From: Candidatus Kaiserbacteria bacterium
GTDB lineage: Bacteria; Patescibacteriota; Minisyncoccia; Phycocordibacterales; UBA2100
Direction of reading: 5' to 3'
Assembly: GCA_017134395.1 (NCBI GenBank)
Contig: CP070993.1
Span: 462,199 to 526,198, forward strand
Length of the DNA stretch: 64,000 bases
The notes below the pieces were generated by a model. It had not been told where the DNA came from. It saw only the letters and a list, made by a program, of their open reading frames with translations, and searched no databases. Shown piece by piece: positions 19,502 to 29,760 of the stretch (its first letter is position 1; each line of letters opens with the position of its first letter). The translations under genes and the position numbers were made by a program.

Positions 19502-20350
19502 TTACCTTGGATCTATCTCTAATTCCTCCTCTTGCAAAAGTCCGCTTTCAGATTCGCATGTGAGTCTAAAAATAGTATCCCGTAGAATTGCTGGTGTTTT
19601 TACTTGCCCCTCTATTCCCCGGCGCGTGAACCCTAGGTGTGTATCTGATGTTAACAAGCATGAGTTAACATCTGTCGTTGTCCAACTGAGCACGATTGAG
19701 TCGCCACGATCAATAGACAATGAATCAGCAGAGAACGTCAGTACTGGTTCTGCAACATTCACTACACAACTTGCGGTTGTATCAGCTACGTCAACCAAAT
19801 CATTTACACATTCTATCGTGTAGGTTGTATCCTCAGTAGGTTGAACCCGTACTGTACCGATTGTCTCACCAACACTATCAAAATTCTCACTTACCGTAGT
19901 GTACGCTCCATCACGACATGCCCACATGATGATTGTTTCTTCCGAGACCCCAATGATAGGCGGTATACAAATGAGGGTTACTCCACGCGTAGCGAGTGGC
20001 CCTGTGCCAACTTGATTTGTTTGTGTTGTCTGACCTGATTGGATTCCGACATTTGCAGATGGCGTATTGATATTAGTCTGAGTTGACGCTGAATTAAATG
20101 GGTCGTCACTTATATTAGAAAAGTATGCATCAGCATCATTTACATAATCACCAGTTACGTTTGTATTCGAATTTGTGTTACTTCCTGTTTGGATGCCAAG
20201 AAATGATGCGATGGAATCAAACGCGCCTGCTGTTTGCTGTTGCCCTCCAGAAGAAACAGTTTCTAAATTCTTGTATTCAGAGAAAGAGAAAGCGACCACA
20301 AAAACAAAGAGTAATGCAAGCGCTTTTATTTGAGTATGAGGAATATTCAT
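19502..20350 (-). CDS. Secreted protein with two Ig-like repeats related to those in 14822..16819.
   Basis: Start moved to the ATG at 20350 (MNIPHTQIKALALLFVFVVAF); same repeat-module pattern as the neighbouring gene. Confidence 0.5.
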   Translation of the reverse strand: MNIPHTQIKALALLFVFVVAFSFSEYKNLETVSSGGQQQTAGAFDSIASFLGIQTGSNTNSNTNVTGDYVNDADAYFSNISDDPFNSASTQTNINTPSANVGIQSGQTTQTNQVGTGPLATRGVTLICIPPIIGVSEETIIMWACRDGAYTTVSENFDSVGETIGTVRVQPTEDTTYTIECVNDLVDVADTTASCVVNVAEPVLTFSADSLSIDRGDSIVLSWTTTDVNSCLLTSDTHLGFTRRGIEGQVKTPAILRDTIFRLTCESESGLLQEEELEIDPR

Positions 20351-20442
20351 AGGTGCAAAATCGGCCTTAGTATTTTCAATGATACGGGACGTACACCATT
20401 GTCGCAATTCGCCTTGTGCACACCAAGACACCGTTACTTTCC

Positions 20443-20478
20443 TTCTAAAATATATCAGTTAACTGATATATTTTAGAA
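20443..20478. repeat. 36-bp perfect AT-rich palindrome with core ATATATCAGTT|AACTGATATAT.
   Basis: ttctaaaatatatcagtt|aactgatatattttagaa; the same core recurs at 62148-62189. Confidence 0.8.
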
Positions 20479-20510
20479 AAAAGGAAATTATAGAATATAT
20501 GACTCTTTTG

Positions 20511-21230
20511 CTACAACGTGAGAATAAACCGCTCGAGCTCAATTTCTAAGGCAACTCCGTTTCTACGTGCGTGCTGTGGTAATAAAGCTAACGCTTTCAG
20601 ATGCCCTTCCACTACTTCAACCGAAGAAAAATTTTTCAGGGAGCTCTTTGCTTTAGTAAACGGGTATGGCTTCATACCAACTTCATCTGGAGTTTTTGCA
20701 CTTGACGCAAGCACGAGGCTTTTCAACATCCAAAATAAAATTCCATGAATTTCCTCATCACTTACACCGCTATTTTTTGCCTCTCGAAATAAACTCCATA
20801 GTTTCTTAACATTTCTCTCACCAAGTGCGTCAGTAAGTGAGAATGTGTTAAAAGTTGGCTTTTTTGTAGGAACTGTTTCTTTAAACTCATGGGTTTTTAC
20901 CGCATGTTTCTCGAGCTTCTTTTTAATGGGGGCAGTCAAAGCTGCATCTAATACAAAAAATGGGTGTGGAGCTTCTGCGATTTTCTCAAGATTTTGCAAT
21001 ACAATCTCTTCTCCTTCTTTGGTACTAAAGAGCGTGTCGAGAACAACGACGTATTCATTCTTGAACAGAGCCTGACTACCAGTTAATTCATCAAAATTAT
21101 AGCCATGTACATCGTCCACTGTTATACGAAAGTAAAGTGCGTCTGGACTTTTAGCGAGCATGCTCGCAACAGTCGCCTGAACTTTTGCCCTCGCCGCATC
21201 TACATCTTTACCGTAGTAAACGTACAACAT
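20511..21230 (-). CDS. DNA polymerase III delta subunit (HolA)-like.
   Basis: Size, N-terminal pattern and position immediately upstream of polA; weak similarity only. Confidence 0.45.
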   Translation of the reverse strand: MLYVYYGKDVDAARAKVQATVASMLAKSPDALYFRITVDDVHGYNFDELTGSQALFKNEYVVVLDTLFSTKEGEEIVLQNLEKIAEAPHPFFVLDAALTAPIKKKLEKHAVKTHEFKETVPTKKPTFNTFSLTDALGERNVKKLWSLFREAKNSGVSDEEIHGILFWMLKSLVLASSAKTPDEVGMKPYPFTKAKSSLKNFSSVEVVEGHLKALALLPQHARRNGVALEIELERFILTL

Positions 21231-21231
21231 A

Positions 21232-23637
21232 TTACATTCCCTTCATTTCACCCCAATTATCACCGTGAGAAACGTCAACGAGTAACGGTACTCCGTGAGT
21301 TTGATCTGGAGTTAGTATATTTTCCATTAGTTCTTCTATGTGTTTCGTTATTTTAATACTGTCTTTTTTCTTCATTTCGTATATGAGTTCATCGTGCACC
21401 TGTAGAACAAGTCGTGCAGAATCTAAGAAATTATTTTTGGTTAGATATTCATGAATGCGTATCATTGCAATCTTTACCACGTCAGCTTGCGTGCCTTGAA
21501 TCGGTGCATTTATCGCCATCCGCTCAGCAGCAGCCCGCACGTGCGGTAAGCTTGAAGTAATACCCTCAAAATATCGTCTCCGTCCAAATAGTGTTTCTGT
21601 GTATCCAAGTCGTGATGCGTCTGCTTTTGTATGGTCAATCCATTTTGCAAGACCTGCGTATTTTTCAAAGTATGTATCGTAAAACGCACGTGCTTCTTTT
21701 TGCGTAGTGTCGCCACCAAGATTTGCGCGTAGTGCGTTTACTCCCATTCCATAGAGAATACCGAAGTTGATGACTTTAGCACGTCGTCTCATTTCTTTAT
21801 CAACATCTTGTGGCTGAACATCAAACACTTCGGCTGCAACTGCTGCATGAATATCTCCTCCGCTTTTAAATACTTCGAGAAGTTTCTCATCTTGAGATAA
21901 AATTGCGGCAATGCGCAGTTCAATTTGAGAATAATCAAGTGCTACTAACTCGTACCCTTTCTCAGCAATAAATCCATTGCGGATACGTCTTCCGTATTCC
22001 GTTTTTATCGGTATGTTTTGTAGGTTTGGATTCTGGCTCGCCATTCGCCCTGTCGTTGTGCCGGCTTGTAAGAATTCGGCGTGTAGACGACCATCTTCAC
22101 CAACAAGCGTTGGGAGCGTATCAATGTATGTTGAAAGCAATTTTTGAAGTTCGCGATATGCAAATACGTCTTCAATTATTGGATGCTCTCCTCGTAGTTT
22201 TTCGAGTTCAGACTCTTTCGTACTACGTTGTCCTGTTGACGTTCTTTTTTGGTTTTTCGGCTTCAATTCTAAGGTATCAAACAGAATTTCGCCCATTTGC
22301 TTGGGAGAATTGATATTGAAAGTGACCCCTGCGTGTTTGTATATCTTTTTTTCTAGCTTCGAAAGCTCTGTATGGTATTCCTTAGAAAGCTTTTTTAAAT
22401 ACGCCACGTCTAATGCAATCCCATTTTCGTTCATGTGCGTAAGAACTTGGATGAGTGGCTCTTCAATATCTGTATAGACTGTATATAACTTTCTTTCTTT
22501 TAACGTTTTAAAAATTGCATCATATGCTTCTTTGAACGTTCCGTTTGGTACAAACTGCATAACATCTTCCAGTGTGGGATTGGTAATGTCTGAGCGGACA
22601 ATCCACAGTGCGAGTGCTGCTCGCGCAAGTTCTTCTGGGTTAATTTCTTCGGTCTCTTTCTTTTCTTCCTCTTCTTCATCGTACTCAACCCCATTACCTC
22701 CATTAAGCACCTTTTTTACCCTGTCGCTCAATGCGCGGAATTCAAGTTCTGAGAATAGTTCGAGTACTTTTTCTTTTTGTACTGTGTTGAGCCATACGTC
22801 TTCCGGAATCTCAAATTTTATAGGAGCGTCCCGCCTAATAGTTGCAAGCATCTTAGAAAAGAACGCTTCGTCTTTTCCCTCTTTTAATAAACCAATCATT
22901 CGCGCTTTTATGCCAAGCGCTATAAATTTATCTTCACTTTTCTCGAGTACTGTATAGAGATTCTCTAGTGTTCCAAACTCAATAATTAACGTTGTAGCTG
23001 TCTTCTCCCCAACGCCACGTATCCCTGGGATATTATCTGACGGGTCGCCGCGTAGACCTTTGTAGTCAGGTAACAAATCCGAGTGAAATCCAAAGCGGCT
23101 CTGTACCGCATCTTCATCGTATAAAATTGTGTCCTGTATTCCTTTGCGCAAGGTGTATACAGTTACCTTTCCTTTATCTATTAACTGAAGCGTGTCCATA
23201 TCGCCTGACGCGATGACTATATCAATAGGCTTCTTTTTCAATTGCTCAACAATAGTTCCTAACACATCATCGGCCTCGAATCCTTCCGCATCATAAATTG
23301 GAATACCAAATGCTTCGAATACATCTCGACTTCTTTGCAACTGCCTTGCCAGTTCGTCATCAGTTTTTTTTCTTCCTGCTTTATATTCCGCAAACACTTC
23401 ATGACGAATAGTTGGTTTTGGTAAGTCGAAACACGCAGTGATGTAGTCTGGATTCAATTCTTGAATTATTTTCATTAGCATCGTCGCCAGACCGTACAGA
23501 GCACCAGTTGGCTCCCCTTTACTCGATGAGAAATCAGGCAATGCGTGATATGCACGATGAATAATCGCATGCGCATCAAGTAGTATGAGTCGTTTATTAG
23601 GCTTCTTTGTCATAAGAAATGCTACGTGTTGTATCAT
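21232..23637 (-). CDS. polA: DNA polymerase I (5'-3' exonuclease plus polymerase domains).
   Basis: 5'-nuclease N-terminus (LILLDAHAIIHRAYHA), motif A DYSQIELRI, motif C QVHDELI. Confidence 0.9.
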   Translation of the reverse strand: MIQHVAFLMTKKPNKRLILLDAHAIIHRAYHALPDFSSSKGEPTGALYGLATMLMKIIQELNPDYITACFDLPKPTIRHEVFAEYKAGRKKTDDELARQLQRSRDVFEAFGIPIYDAEGFEADDVLGTIVEQLKKKPIDIVIASGDMDTLQLIDKGKVTVYTLRKGIQDTILYDEDAVQSRFGFHSDLLPDYKGLRGDPSDNIPGIRGVGEKTATTLIIEFGTLENLYTVLEKSEDKFIALGIKARMIGLLKEGKDEAFFSKMLATIRRDAPIKFEIPEDVWLNTVQKEKVLELFSELEFRALSDRVKKVLNGGNGVEYDEEEEEKKETEEINPEELARAALALWIVRSDITNPTLEDVMQFVPNGTFKEAYDAIFKTLKERKLYTVYTDIEEPLIQVLTHMNENGIALDVAYLKKLSKEYHTELSKLEKKIYKHAGVTFNINSPKQMGEILFDTLELKPKNQKRTSTGQRSTKESELEKLRGEHPIIEDVFAYRELQKLLSTYIDTLPTLVGEDGRLHAEFLQAGTTTGRMASQNPNLQNIPIKTEYGRRIRNGFIAEKGYELVALDYSQIELRIAAILSQDEKLLEVFKSGGDIHAAVAAEVFDVQPQDVDKEMRRRAKVINFGILYGMGVNALRANLGGDTTQKEARAFYDTYFEKYAGLAKWIDHTKADASRLGYTETLFGRRRYFEGITSSLPHVRAAAERMAINAPIQGTQADVVKIAMIRIHEYLTKNNFLDSARLVLQVHDELIYEMKKKDSIKITKHIEELMENILTPDQTHGVPLLVDVSHGDNWGEMKGM

Positions 23638-24034
23638 TAATGTATTCTAAGTATATATGCTCAGTGTTTTGTGGAAGTAGTCCTTCTATCTTTTCTGGCC
23701 ACTCAACAAGAATAAGATTAGATGGGTCTATAATTATGTCATTCCATCCAAGGACTTCCATTTCCCTCTCTTCTTCAAGGCGGTACGCATCTACATGTAT
23801 CAACTGAGAAAAAGCTTGGTCCTCTAACGGATAATTTTTTTGTATCACAAATGTAGGGCTGACTATTTCACCAGTAACCCCAAGAGTACGAGCAAGTGTT
23901 TGTGCGAAGGTAGTTTTCCCAGCGCCAAGATCCCCATGAAGCGCTACAACATAGGCTCCACTCTTATGTGCTTTCAATTTCAACGCATATTCGCGAGCAC
24001 TTTTCTCGAAATCACTCAATACATAGTCTGCCAT
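23597..24034 (-). CDS. tsaE: tRNA threonylcarbamoyladenosine biosynthesis protein TsaE (YjeE).
   Basis: P-loop LHGDLGAGKTTF, SPTF, HVDAYRL motifs; start set to the ATG at 24034 (the annotated start is GTG). Confidence 0.75.
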   Translation of the reverse strand: MADYVLSDFEKSAREYALKLKAHKSGAYVVALHGDLGAGKTTFAQTLARTLGVTGEIVSPTFVIQKNYPLEDQAFSQLIHVDAYRLEEEREMEVLGWNDIIIDPSNLILVEWPEKIEGLLPQNTEHIYLEYINDTTRSISYDKEA

Positions 24035-24152
24035 AGGCGCATTGTACACTAAAGAAAAAAGGTGGTCGCCTTGTCTGTATCACGGTCTTATTTCATATAC
24101 GCATAAGCACACAGGCTCTTTTTAGTGTACGTGATAAAATAGAAGTATATTT

Positions 24153-25856
24153 ATGGTTCAATTTGATGAAAAAGATCAAAAAGAGAAGGTAGCCGAGCTC
24201 TACGAACAAGAAGAAGAGTCATTAGCTCAGACTCTCTCTCAAAAATATGGCGTTGAATACGTTGACCTGACCCGTGTGTCTATCGACACCGACGCTCTAA
24301 AGCTAATCGATGAGCCAACTGCTCGAAAGGTAGAAATAGCGCCTTTTCGGAAAATCGGTAAGAAGGTTTTTATTGCAATGCGTGCACCAGGGAGGGCAGA
24401 CTCTCTTGAGGCAATCCAAACAATAGAGCGACTAGGCTACCAGACACGATTATTTATGGTTTCGTCTGCCTCACTTACGCACGCATGGGACCATTACAAA
24501 GATATTTCTCATGCATCGGCAAGCGAGGGCGGCGTTCTAAACATTTCTTCTGAAGAAATCGAGCGGATTAAAAATGAGTTAAAAAGTATCGAAGATGTCC
24601 GTAAAAATGTAGACGCTAGTTTTGCAAGTTCAAAATCCCACCGTGTATCTCGTGTGCTTGAAGTACTTCTTGGTGGTGGATTAGCATTACATGCGTCCGA
24701 CGTGCACATTGAACCAGAAGAAGAGTTCATTCGTGTTCGTTTTCGATTAGATGGACTGCTTACTGAAATTTTAGAATTCGACCACGAAACGTACAAGCTA
24801 CTCTTGTCTCGTATAAAACTTCTTTCTGGCCTCAAGCTCAATGCCAAAAGCTCTGCTCAAGATGGTCGTTTTAGTGTAAAAGTTGGTGATGGAGAAATGG
24901 AAATACGAACATCTATGATTCCAGGGAACTACGGAGAAACTGTGGTTATGCGGTTGCTTGACCCATCAACTATTGGTCTCCCACTTGAGAGTCTGGGTAT
25001 GGACGATTTTCTTATGCAGCTGTTTTTAGATGAAATAAAGAAACCAAATGGAATGATTCTAAACACTGGACCAACTGGTTCTGGTAAAACAACCACGCTA
25101 TACGCATTTCTTAAAGCAGTGAGTAAACCTGGAATTAAAGTGATTACACTTGAAAACCCTGTCGAATATCACTTACCGGGAATTGTTCAGACACAAATTA
25201 GCAAAGACTACACATTTGCTGATGGGCTCCGTAGTATCTTGCGGCAAGACCCCGACATCATTATGGTTGGAGAGATTCGCGATCCTGAAGTTGCCGCAAC
25301 TGCAGTGCATGCCGCGTTAACGGGACACTTGGTATTCTCAACTCTGCACACAAACAATGCTGCAGGAACATTTCCTCGTTTAATTGATATAAAGGTACGA
25401 CCTGAAATTCTTGGAAGTGCAGTGAACCTCACAATGGCACAGCGTCTTGCTCGACGTTTATGTGAGGATTGTAAGAAGAGTGTTCCTATTACTGGAGCCG
25501 CTCGAGAAAGTATGAATAAACTCCTACACAATATCCCCCGTCCAGATGAACTTCCAGAGAATAAAGATGTTATGTGGGAAGCGGTAGGTTGTGATACGTG
25601 TAATGGAACTGGCTACACTGGACGGCTCGCTATTCTTGAAGCAATCAGAATGGACGAAGCGGTGGAGGCAGCTGTTCGCGCTAACCCGAGTGAAATTGAA
25701 ATATGGCGTGCGGCGCGCCCACAGCAAATTAGGCGAATGGCAGAAGATGGTGCAGTAAAAGTACTCCAAGGGGTAACGTCACTTGATGAACTAGCTCGTA
25801 TTATAGATATAGAAGACGCTGACCTTATGGCAATGAAGGATTTTGGACAGGGTTAA
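24153..25856 (+). CDS. Type IV pilus / type II secretion assembly ATPase (PilB/GspE family).
   Basis: Walker A GPTGSGKTTT, Asp box, His box TGHLVFSTLHTN, C-terminal tetracysteine CxxC...CxxC. Confidence 0.85.
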   Translation: MVQFDEKDQKEKVAELYEQEEESLAQTLSQKYGVEYVDLTRVSIDTDALKLIDEPTARKVEIAPFRKIGKKVFIAMRAPGRADSLEAIQTIERLGYQTRLFMVSSASLTHAWDHYKDISHASASEGGVLNISSEEIERIKNELKSIEDVRKNVDASFASSKSHRVSRVLEVLLGGGLALHASDVHIEPEEEFIRVRFRLDGLLTEILEFDHETYKLLLSRIKLLSGLKLNAKSSAQDGRFSVKVGDGEMEIRTSMIPGNYGETVVMRLLDPSTIGLPLESLGMDDFLMQLFLDEIKKPNGMILNTGPTGSGKTTTLYAFLKAVSKPGIKVITLENPVEYHLPGIVQTQISKDYTFADGLRSILRQDPDIIMVGEIRDPEVAATAVHAALTGHLVFSTLHTNNAAGTFPRLIDIKVRPEILGSAVNLTMAQRLARRLCEDCKKSVPITGAARESMNKLLHNIPRPDELPENKDVMWEAVGCDTCNGTGYTGRLAILEAIRMDEAVEAAVRANPSEIEIWRAARPQQIRRMAEDGAVKVLQGVTSLDELARIIDIEDADLMAMKDFGQG

Positions 25857-26410
25857 GTGTGACCACTGTGGATAGCTAATCTATTTTTCCGTAAAAATCG
25901 TATACTACATTATAGTGTTGTGCACCGAAGGATACTTCGATGCACAGCGCACTCCTTTATATTTTATATAGGAGTTAGTGTGTGAGCTTGCGTAAGCAAG
26001 CAAGTGAAAAGCGCAGCCGCCCAAGCTGCGCTTTCGCTGTATGTATAAGAATGCGTCATGCAACGACACGCTGCTTCTAAGTAGTCAACTTTCCAAATCT
26101 CTTCCCCGCTGCTATGGTAGATGCAGACGAAAAAAACACCCCAAAGGGTGTTCTAATCTCGTCGGGGAAAAAATTCTCTAAACGATTCTTTGCAATAAAG
26201 CAAAGGTGAGTGCCTAACTAAGGATAGAATCAGCACCTTGAGCCATATGAAAACCTCTCCTATTTTCGAATAGGGACGCACCCATAAGGCTCAAGACCAT
26301 TTCGTCCTTGAAAGGTCTCTTATTGACCAGGAGTCTCATCGCTTAGAGAATTTTGTCTCCGAAAATGTGCAGTAATGAACGTTGAAACTATATTAACACA
26401 TTAAAATTGT

Positions 26411-27439
26411 ATGTCAACCCCAATCGACGACACACAAGATGAAACGGCAGAAGATACTGCTGATGTCTTCCTTGATAAAACACTGCGTCCCAACAAATGG
26501 GACGAATATGTTGGCCAAAAACGTATAAAAGACAACCTCGCAATCCTCCTTCGAGCAGCGTCAGAGAGAGAACAACCTCCTGAACACATTCTTTTTTATG
26601 GTCCTCCCGGTTTGGGGAAAACAACGCTTGCTCACCTTATCGCCCACGAATCCGGTTCACAAATTCGAATTACGTCTGGTCCTGCCATTGAGCGAGTTGG
26701 TGACTTAGCATCCATACTTACCAACTTAGGCGAGAAAGATATCTTGTTCATCGATGAAATACACCGCCTCAACAAGAATATTGAAGAGGTCCTCTACCCT
26801 GCAATGGAATCAGGTGTGCTCGATATCATCATTGGAAAGGGGCCCTCAGCACGCACAATACAACTTGAACTTCCTGCGTTTACATTAATAGCTGCAACGA
26901 CACAAGTGTCGGGCATTTCAAGCCCCTTGCGTAGCCGTTTTTCAGGTGGAACGTTCCGTCTTGAGTATTACGACACTGAGGAGATAAAAGATATTCTGAA
27001 ACGTTCGGCAAAGATACTCGGTGTCACTATCGAAGAAGACGCATTAGACGAAATAGCAAAAAGAAGCCGTTTCACACCACGTACGGCAAACTTTCTACTC
27101 AAACGTTGCCGCGACTTTGCACAAGTGCACAAGAATAAACTCGACAAAAAGTCAGCTCAAGAAGCACTGGAGTTATTGGATGTTGATGATCTCGGACTCA
27201 ACCGAAATGATAAAGAAATTTTGAATATAATTATAAACAAATTCAATGGAGGCCCAGTTGGATTAAAAACGCTTGCCGCTGCAACTTCGGAAGAAGAGAG
27301 TACTATCGAAGAAGTATACGAACCATACCTTATTCAACTTGGCTTACTCGACAGAACTCCACGTGGGCGCATCGCAACTGCGTTAGCCTACGAACATATT
27401 GGCCTTGAAGTACCGAAGCGACTGCAAGAAAAAGCTTAA
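26411..27439 (+). CDS. ruvB: Holliday junction ATP-dependent DNA helicase RuvB.
   Basis: [13 protein letters not shown] Walker A, AAA+ layout, C-terminal winged helix. Confidence 0.9.
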   Translation: MSTPIDDTQDETAEDTADVFLDKTLRPNKWDEYVGQKRIKDNLAILLRAASEREQPPEHILFYGPPGLGKTTLAHLIAHESGSQIRITSGPAIERVGDLASILTNLGEKDILFIDEIHRLNKNIEEVLYPAMESGVLDIIIGKGPSARTIQLELPAFTLIAATTQVSGISSPLRSRFSGGTFRLEYYDTEEIKDILKRSAKILGVTIEEDALDEIAKRSRFTPRTANFLLKRCRDFAQVHKNKLDKKSAQEALELLDVDDLGLNRNDKEILNIIINKFNGGPVGLKTLAAATSEEESTIEEVYEPYLIQLGLLDRTPRGRIATALAYEHIGLEVPKRLQEKA

Positions 27440-29208
27440 TTAGAGACTTCGTCTTCAAATGTCGTATCAGTTCCTGTTATGAGGTTTGTTAGTGTCTCAA
27501 CTGCACTAGAAGCAGCATCTGCGATGCTATCAATAATTCTTGAAACAAGGCTCTTTCCGTCTGTTGTTACTTCATAATCTTCCAAGACTGTTCCATCTTG
27601 ACCGTGCAATACACCGAGTGTAGACGTTGCGTGAGTTGCTGGCGCTGGAGTTGGTCGCACCCATCCATCGTACACTGCAAGAAAATGGAGAACTGCGTTT
27701 TCTGGCAACACTCTCTTTTCTAGCTCAGCAACAAACACTTGACGCTCAACTATTTTCGCGCGCTCCTCCCTTCTCTCTAAACAATCCTCACTCGTTTCAA
27801 ATGCCCTGCAGTATGTTGAATTCTTAGCCCGTTTCCCTTCTTCTTCTGCGAGCCGTAAGGAACGGATCGCCTCATCTTCAATAATCAAATCTTGAATGCG
27901 GCCGAATGATTTATTTTCTGTACTTACCTCGTTTGGACCTCCGACTAACGTTAACGTTTGTGCAAAATGATCCACTCGTGACAGTGTGTTTTCCGCTTGT
28001 TTTTGCGAAGCAATATCGCTCGCGATTTCTTTTATATTCCTAAATTCTTCTCCTGTCTCGGGTATTTCTGGTGTCGGAATCGTACTTACTACCTCTGTGT
28101 CGGGTATTTCAGTCCTCACAGTATTAACAATTGTTCGTCCTCTTACGAAATTCGCCAAGCTATCGATAAGGCCAGTTCCCCACGCAAATTGCTGTACTGG
28201 ACTACTGGGTTGCACGGTATCACTTGGGCTAGGTTGTAAACTTTTGTATGGGGAAGCATCGTCTCCAGTAACCCCTTCACTAGTTGCGATAGGTTCTGCT
28301 CCTGCACCAGATATTTGAGGAGTACCGAGTGATGCAAAACGCATTGAGTAGTCAGTGTTCATAGCTGCGATACTAATATCTGAAAGACCTCCCTGAAGAC
28401 CTGGAACCGCCCCGGATACGATTGTTTTACTTCCACCAATATTGTTTGAAAACTCTGGAGATAATTCAAAAGAATCAAGGCGACTTATGCTATTCCTTGG
28501 GGACTCTGAACTACTTATTAGTGCATCATCGAAATTGGTTCTGGGTTGAATACTATTTCCATTAGCTGGAGTAAGTTCAAAAGCATCCCCTCCTCCAACA
28601 ACATCCCCTCCTCCAACACTAGTGACTGATTGCTCAGTTCTAACTGGTGTAGTAACTTCACGACGTACTGCAGCGGCCTCGATGGTCCCAGAAAACGCAA
28701 TACGTGCACTGCATACCGGATCGTCCTTACGGCAACACTGCCAATTTTCTATAGCCGCTATAGGTGCCGCAACTTGAGTGTTATTACTTGCGTATGTTCC
28801 TTCAAAACATGCTACAGCGCCACGATATTGGTAGTCTGCCCCATTATCACAAATAGCTGGTGCTGTGGCACCCGAATTGCTATTAGTAAGCGGTTCAACT
28901 ATTGTTGCATCAATGTATGATTGACAGTCTGCGCGTCCTTCACATATCTGTGCTACAAATTCAGGACTTAACTTGCACGAAACAACCTCAGGAGGTACGC
29001 CATTGATTATATAGTTCGTTACGTATTTATTATTACATTTTTCTGTATTTGATTTAGGATCGGAACACTCGCCATCTTCTGTAGATTCTATGGCGGTAGC
29101 AACATGAATATTTCGGTCAGCACTAATTGTCTGTCCAATATCTGAAAAAAGTAAAATGCTTGCCACCAGCATTACAAGTAGTCCTGCTGTCACAAAATTT
29201 GCTTTCAT
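27436..29208 (-). CDS. Large secreted hypothetical protein (590 aa).
   Basis: Signal peptide, Cys-rich N-terminal region, low-complexity middle. Confidence 0.45.
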   Translation of the reverse strand: MKANFVTAGLLVMLVASILLFSDIGQTISADRNIHVATAIESTEDGECSDPKSNTEKCNNKYVTNYIINGVPPEVVSCKLSPEFVAQICEGRADCQSYIDATIVEPLTNSNSGATAPAICDNGADYQYRGAVACFEGTYASNNTQVAAPIAAIENWQCCRKDDPVCSARIAFSGTIEAAAVRREVTTPVRTEQSVTSVGGGDVVGGGDAFELTPANGNSIQPRTNFDDALISSSESPRNSISRLDSFELSPEFSNNIGGSKTIVSGAVPGLQGGLSDISIAAMNTDYSMRFASLGTPQISGAGAEPIATSEGVTGDDASPYKSLQPSPSDTVQPSSPVQQFAWGTGLIDSLANFVRGRTIVNTVRTEIPDTEVVSTIPTPEIPETGEEFRNIKEIASDIASQKQAENTLSRVDHFAQTLTLVGGPNEVSTENKSFGRIQDLIIEDEAIRSLRLAEEEGKRAKNSTYCRAFETSEDCLERREERAKIVERQVFVAELEKRVLPENAVLHFLAVYDGWVRPTPAPATHATSTLGVLHGQDGTVLEDYEVTTDGKSLVSRIIDSIADAASSAVETLTNLITGTDTTFEDEVSN

Positions 29209-29414
29209 TATATATACAATATAGCGTGATTATCTAAGTAAATGGACAAAAACGACTAAAATGTGGATACGGTCTTTATCATTGACTTTGTTTGAAAAAA
29301 TGTATAGAGTTGTAATACAGAACAGCTATTGCAATATGTCAATAGCACAGAGGTTAATGTACACAAAATTTGCGTATATAGACCCCTGTCACTAGGGGAG
29401 AAAGGGAGGCTGTT

Positions 29415-29696
29415 ATGTTCAAAATTTCAGTTCTTGCTATCTTTGTGTTGGCAGCCCTCGCTGCCCCTGCCAATGCGGAAAATCGTAAGTGGACTTATTA
29501 CCAGATAGTAATTGATGGTGATGAGTCTAAGTGCATTGTTTCTGAACTCCATAAAGGTCGCCTCTATTGTCCTGACGATACCACTACGGCGGTTCTCGTT
29601 TTGGGGCAAAAAATCACCAATGTGGATTTCATTCAACAGCTCGAAGCTCACGGACAATTTTCGCAAGTACAAAACCGGACTTCAAACTCCGAATAA
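29415..29696 (+). CDS. Small secreted hypothetical protein.
   Basis: 93 aa with a clear signal peptide; GGAGG upstream. Confidence 0.45.
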   Translation: MFKISVLAIFVLAALAAPANAENRKWTYYQIVIDGDESKCIVSELHKGRLYCPDDTTTAVLVLGQKITNVDFIQQLEAHGQFSQVQNRTSNSE

Positions 29697-29760
29697 ATTG
29701 GTAGCAAATAACACACTGGGAGGGAAGTGCTTCGTGCTCTTCCCTCTCTTTTTATTTATT

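Noticed and set aside
25857-26410. Possible tmRNA, SRP RNA or RNase P RNA in the long pilB-ruvB spacer.
   Set aside because: None of the conserved cores (tmRNA tRNA-like ends and tag ORF, SRP domain IV GGAA/AGCAGC, RNase P GGAAAGUCC) could be found by eye. It is kept only as an unassigned structured region.
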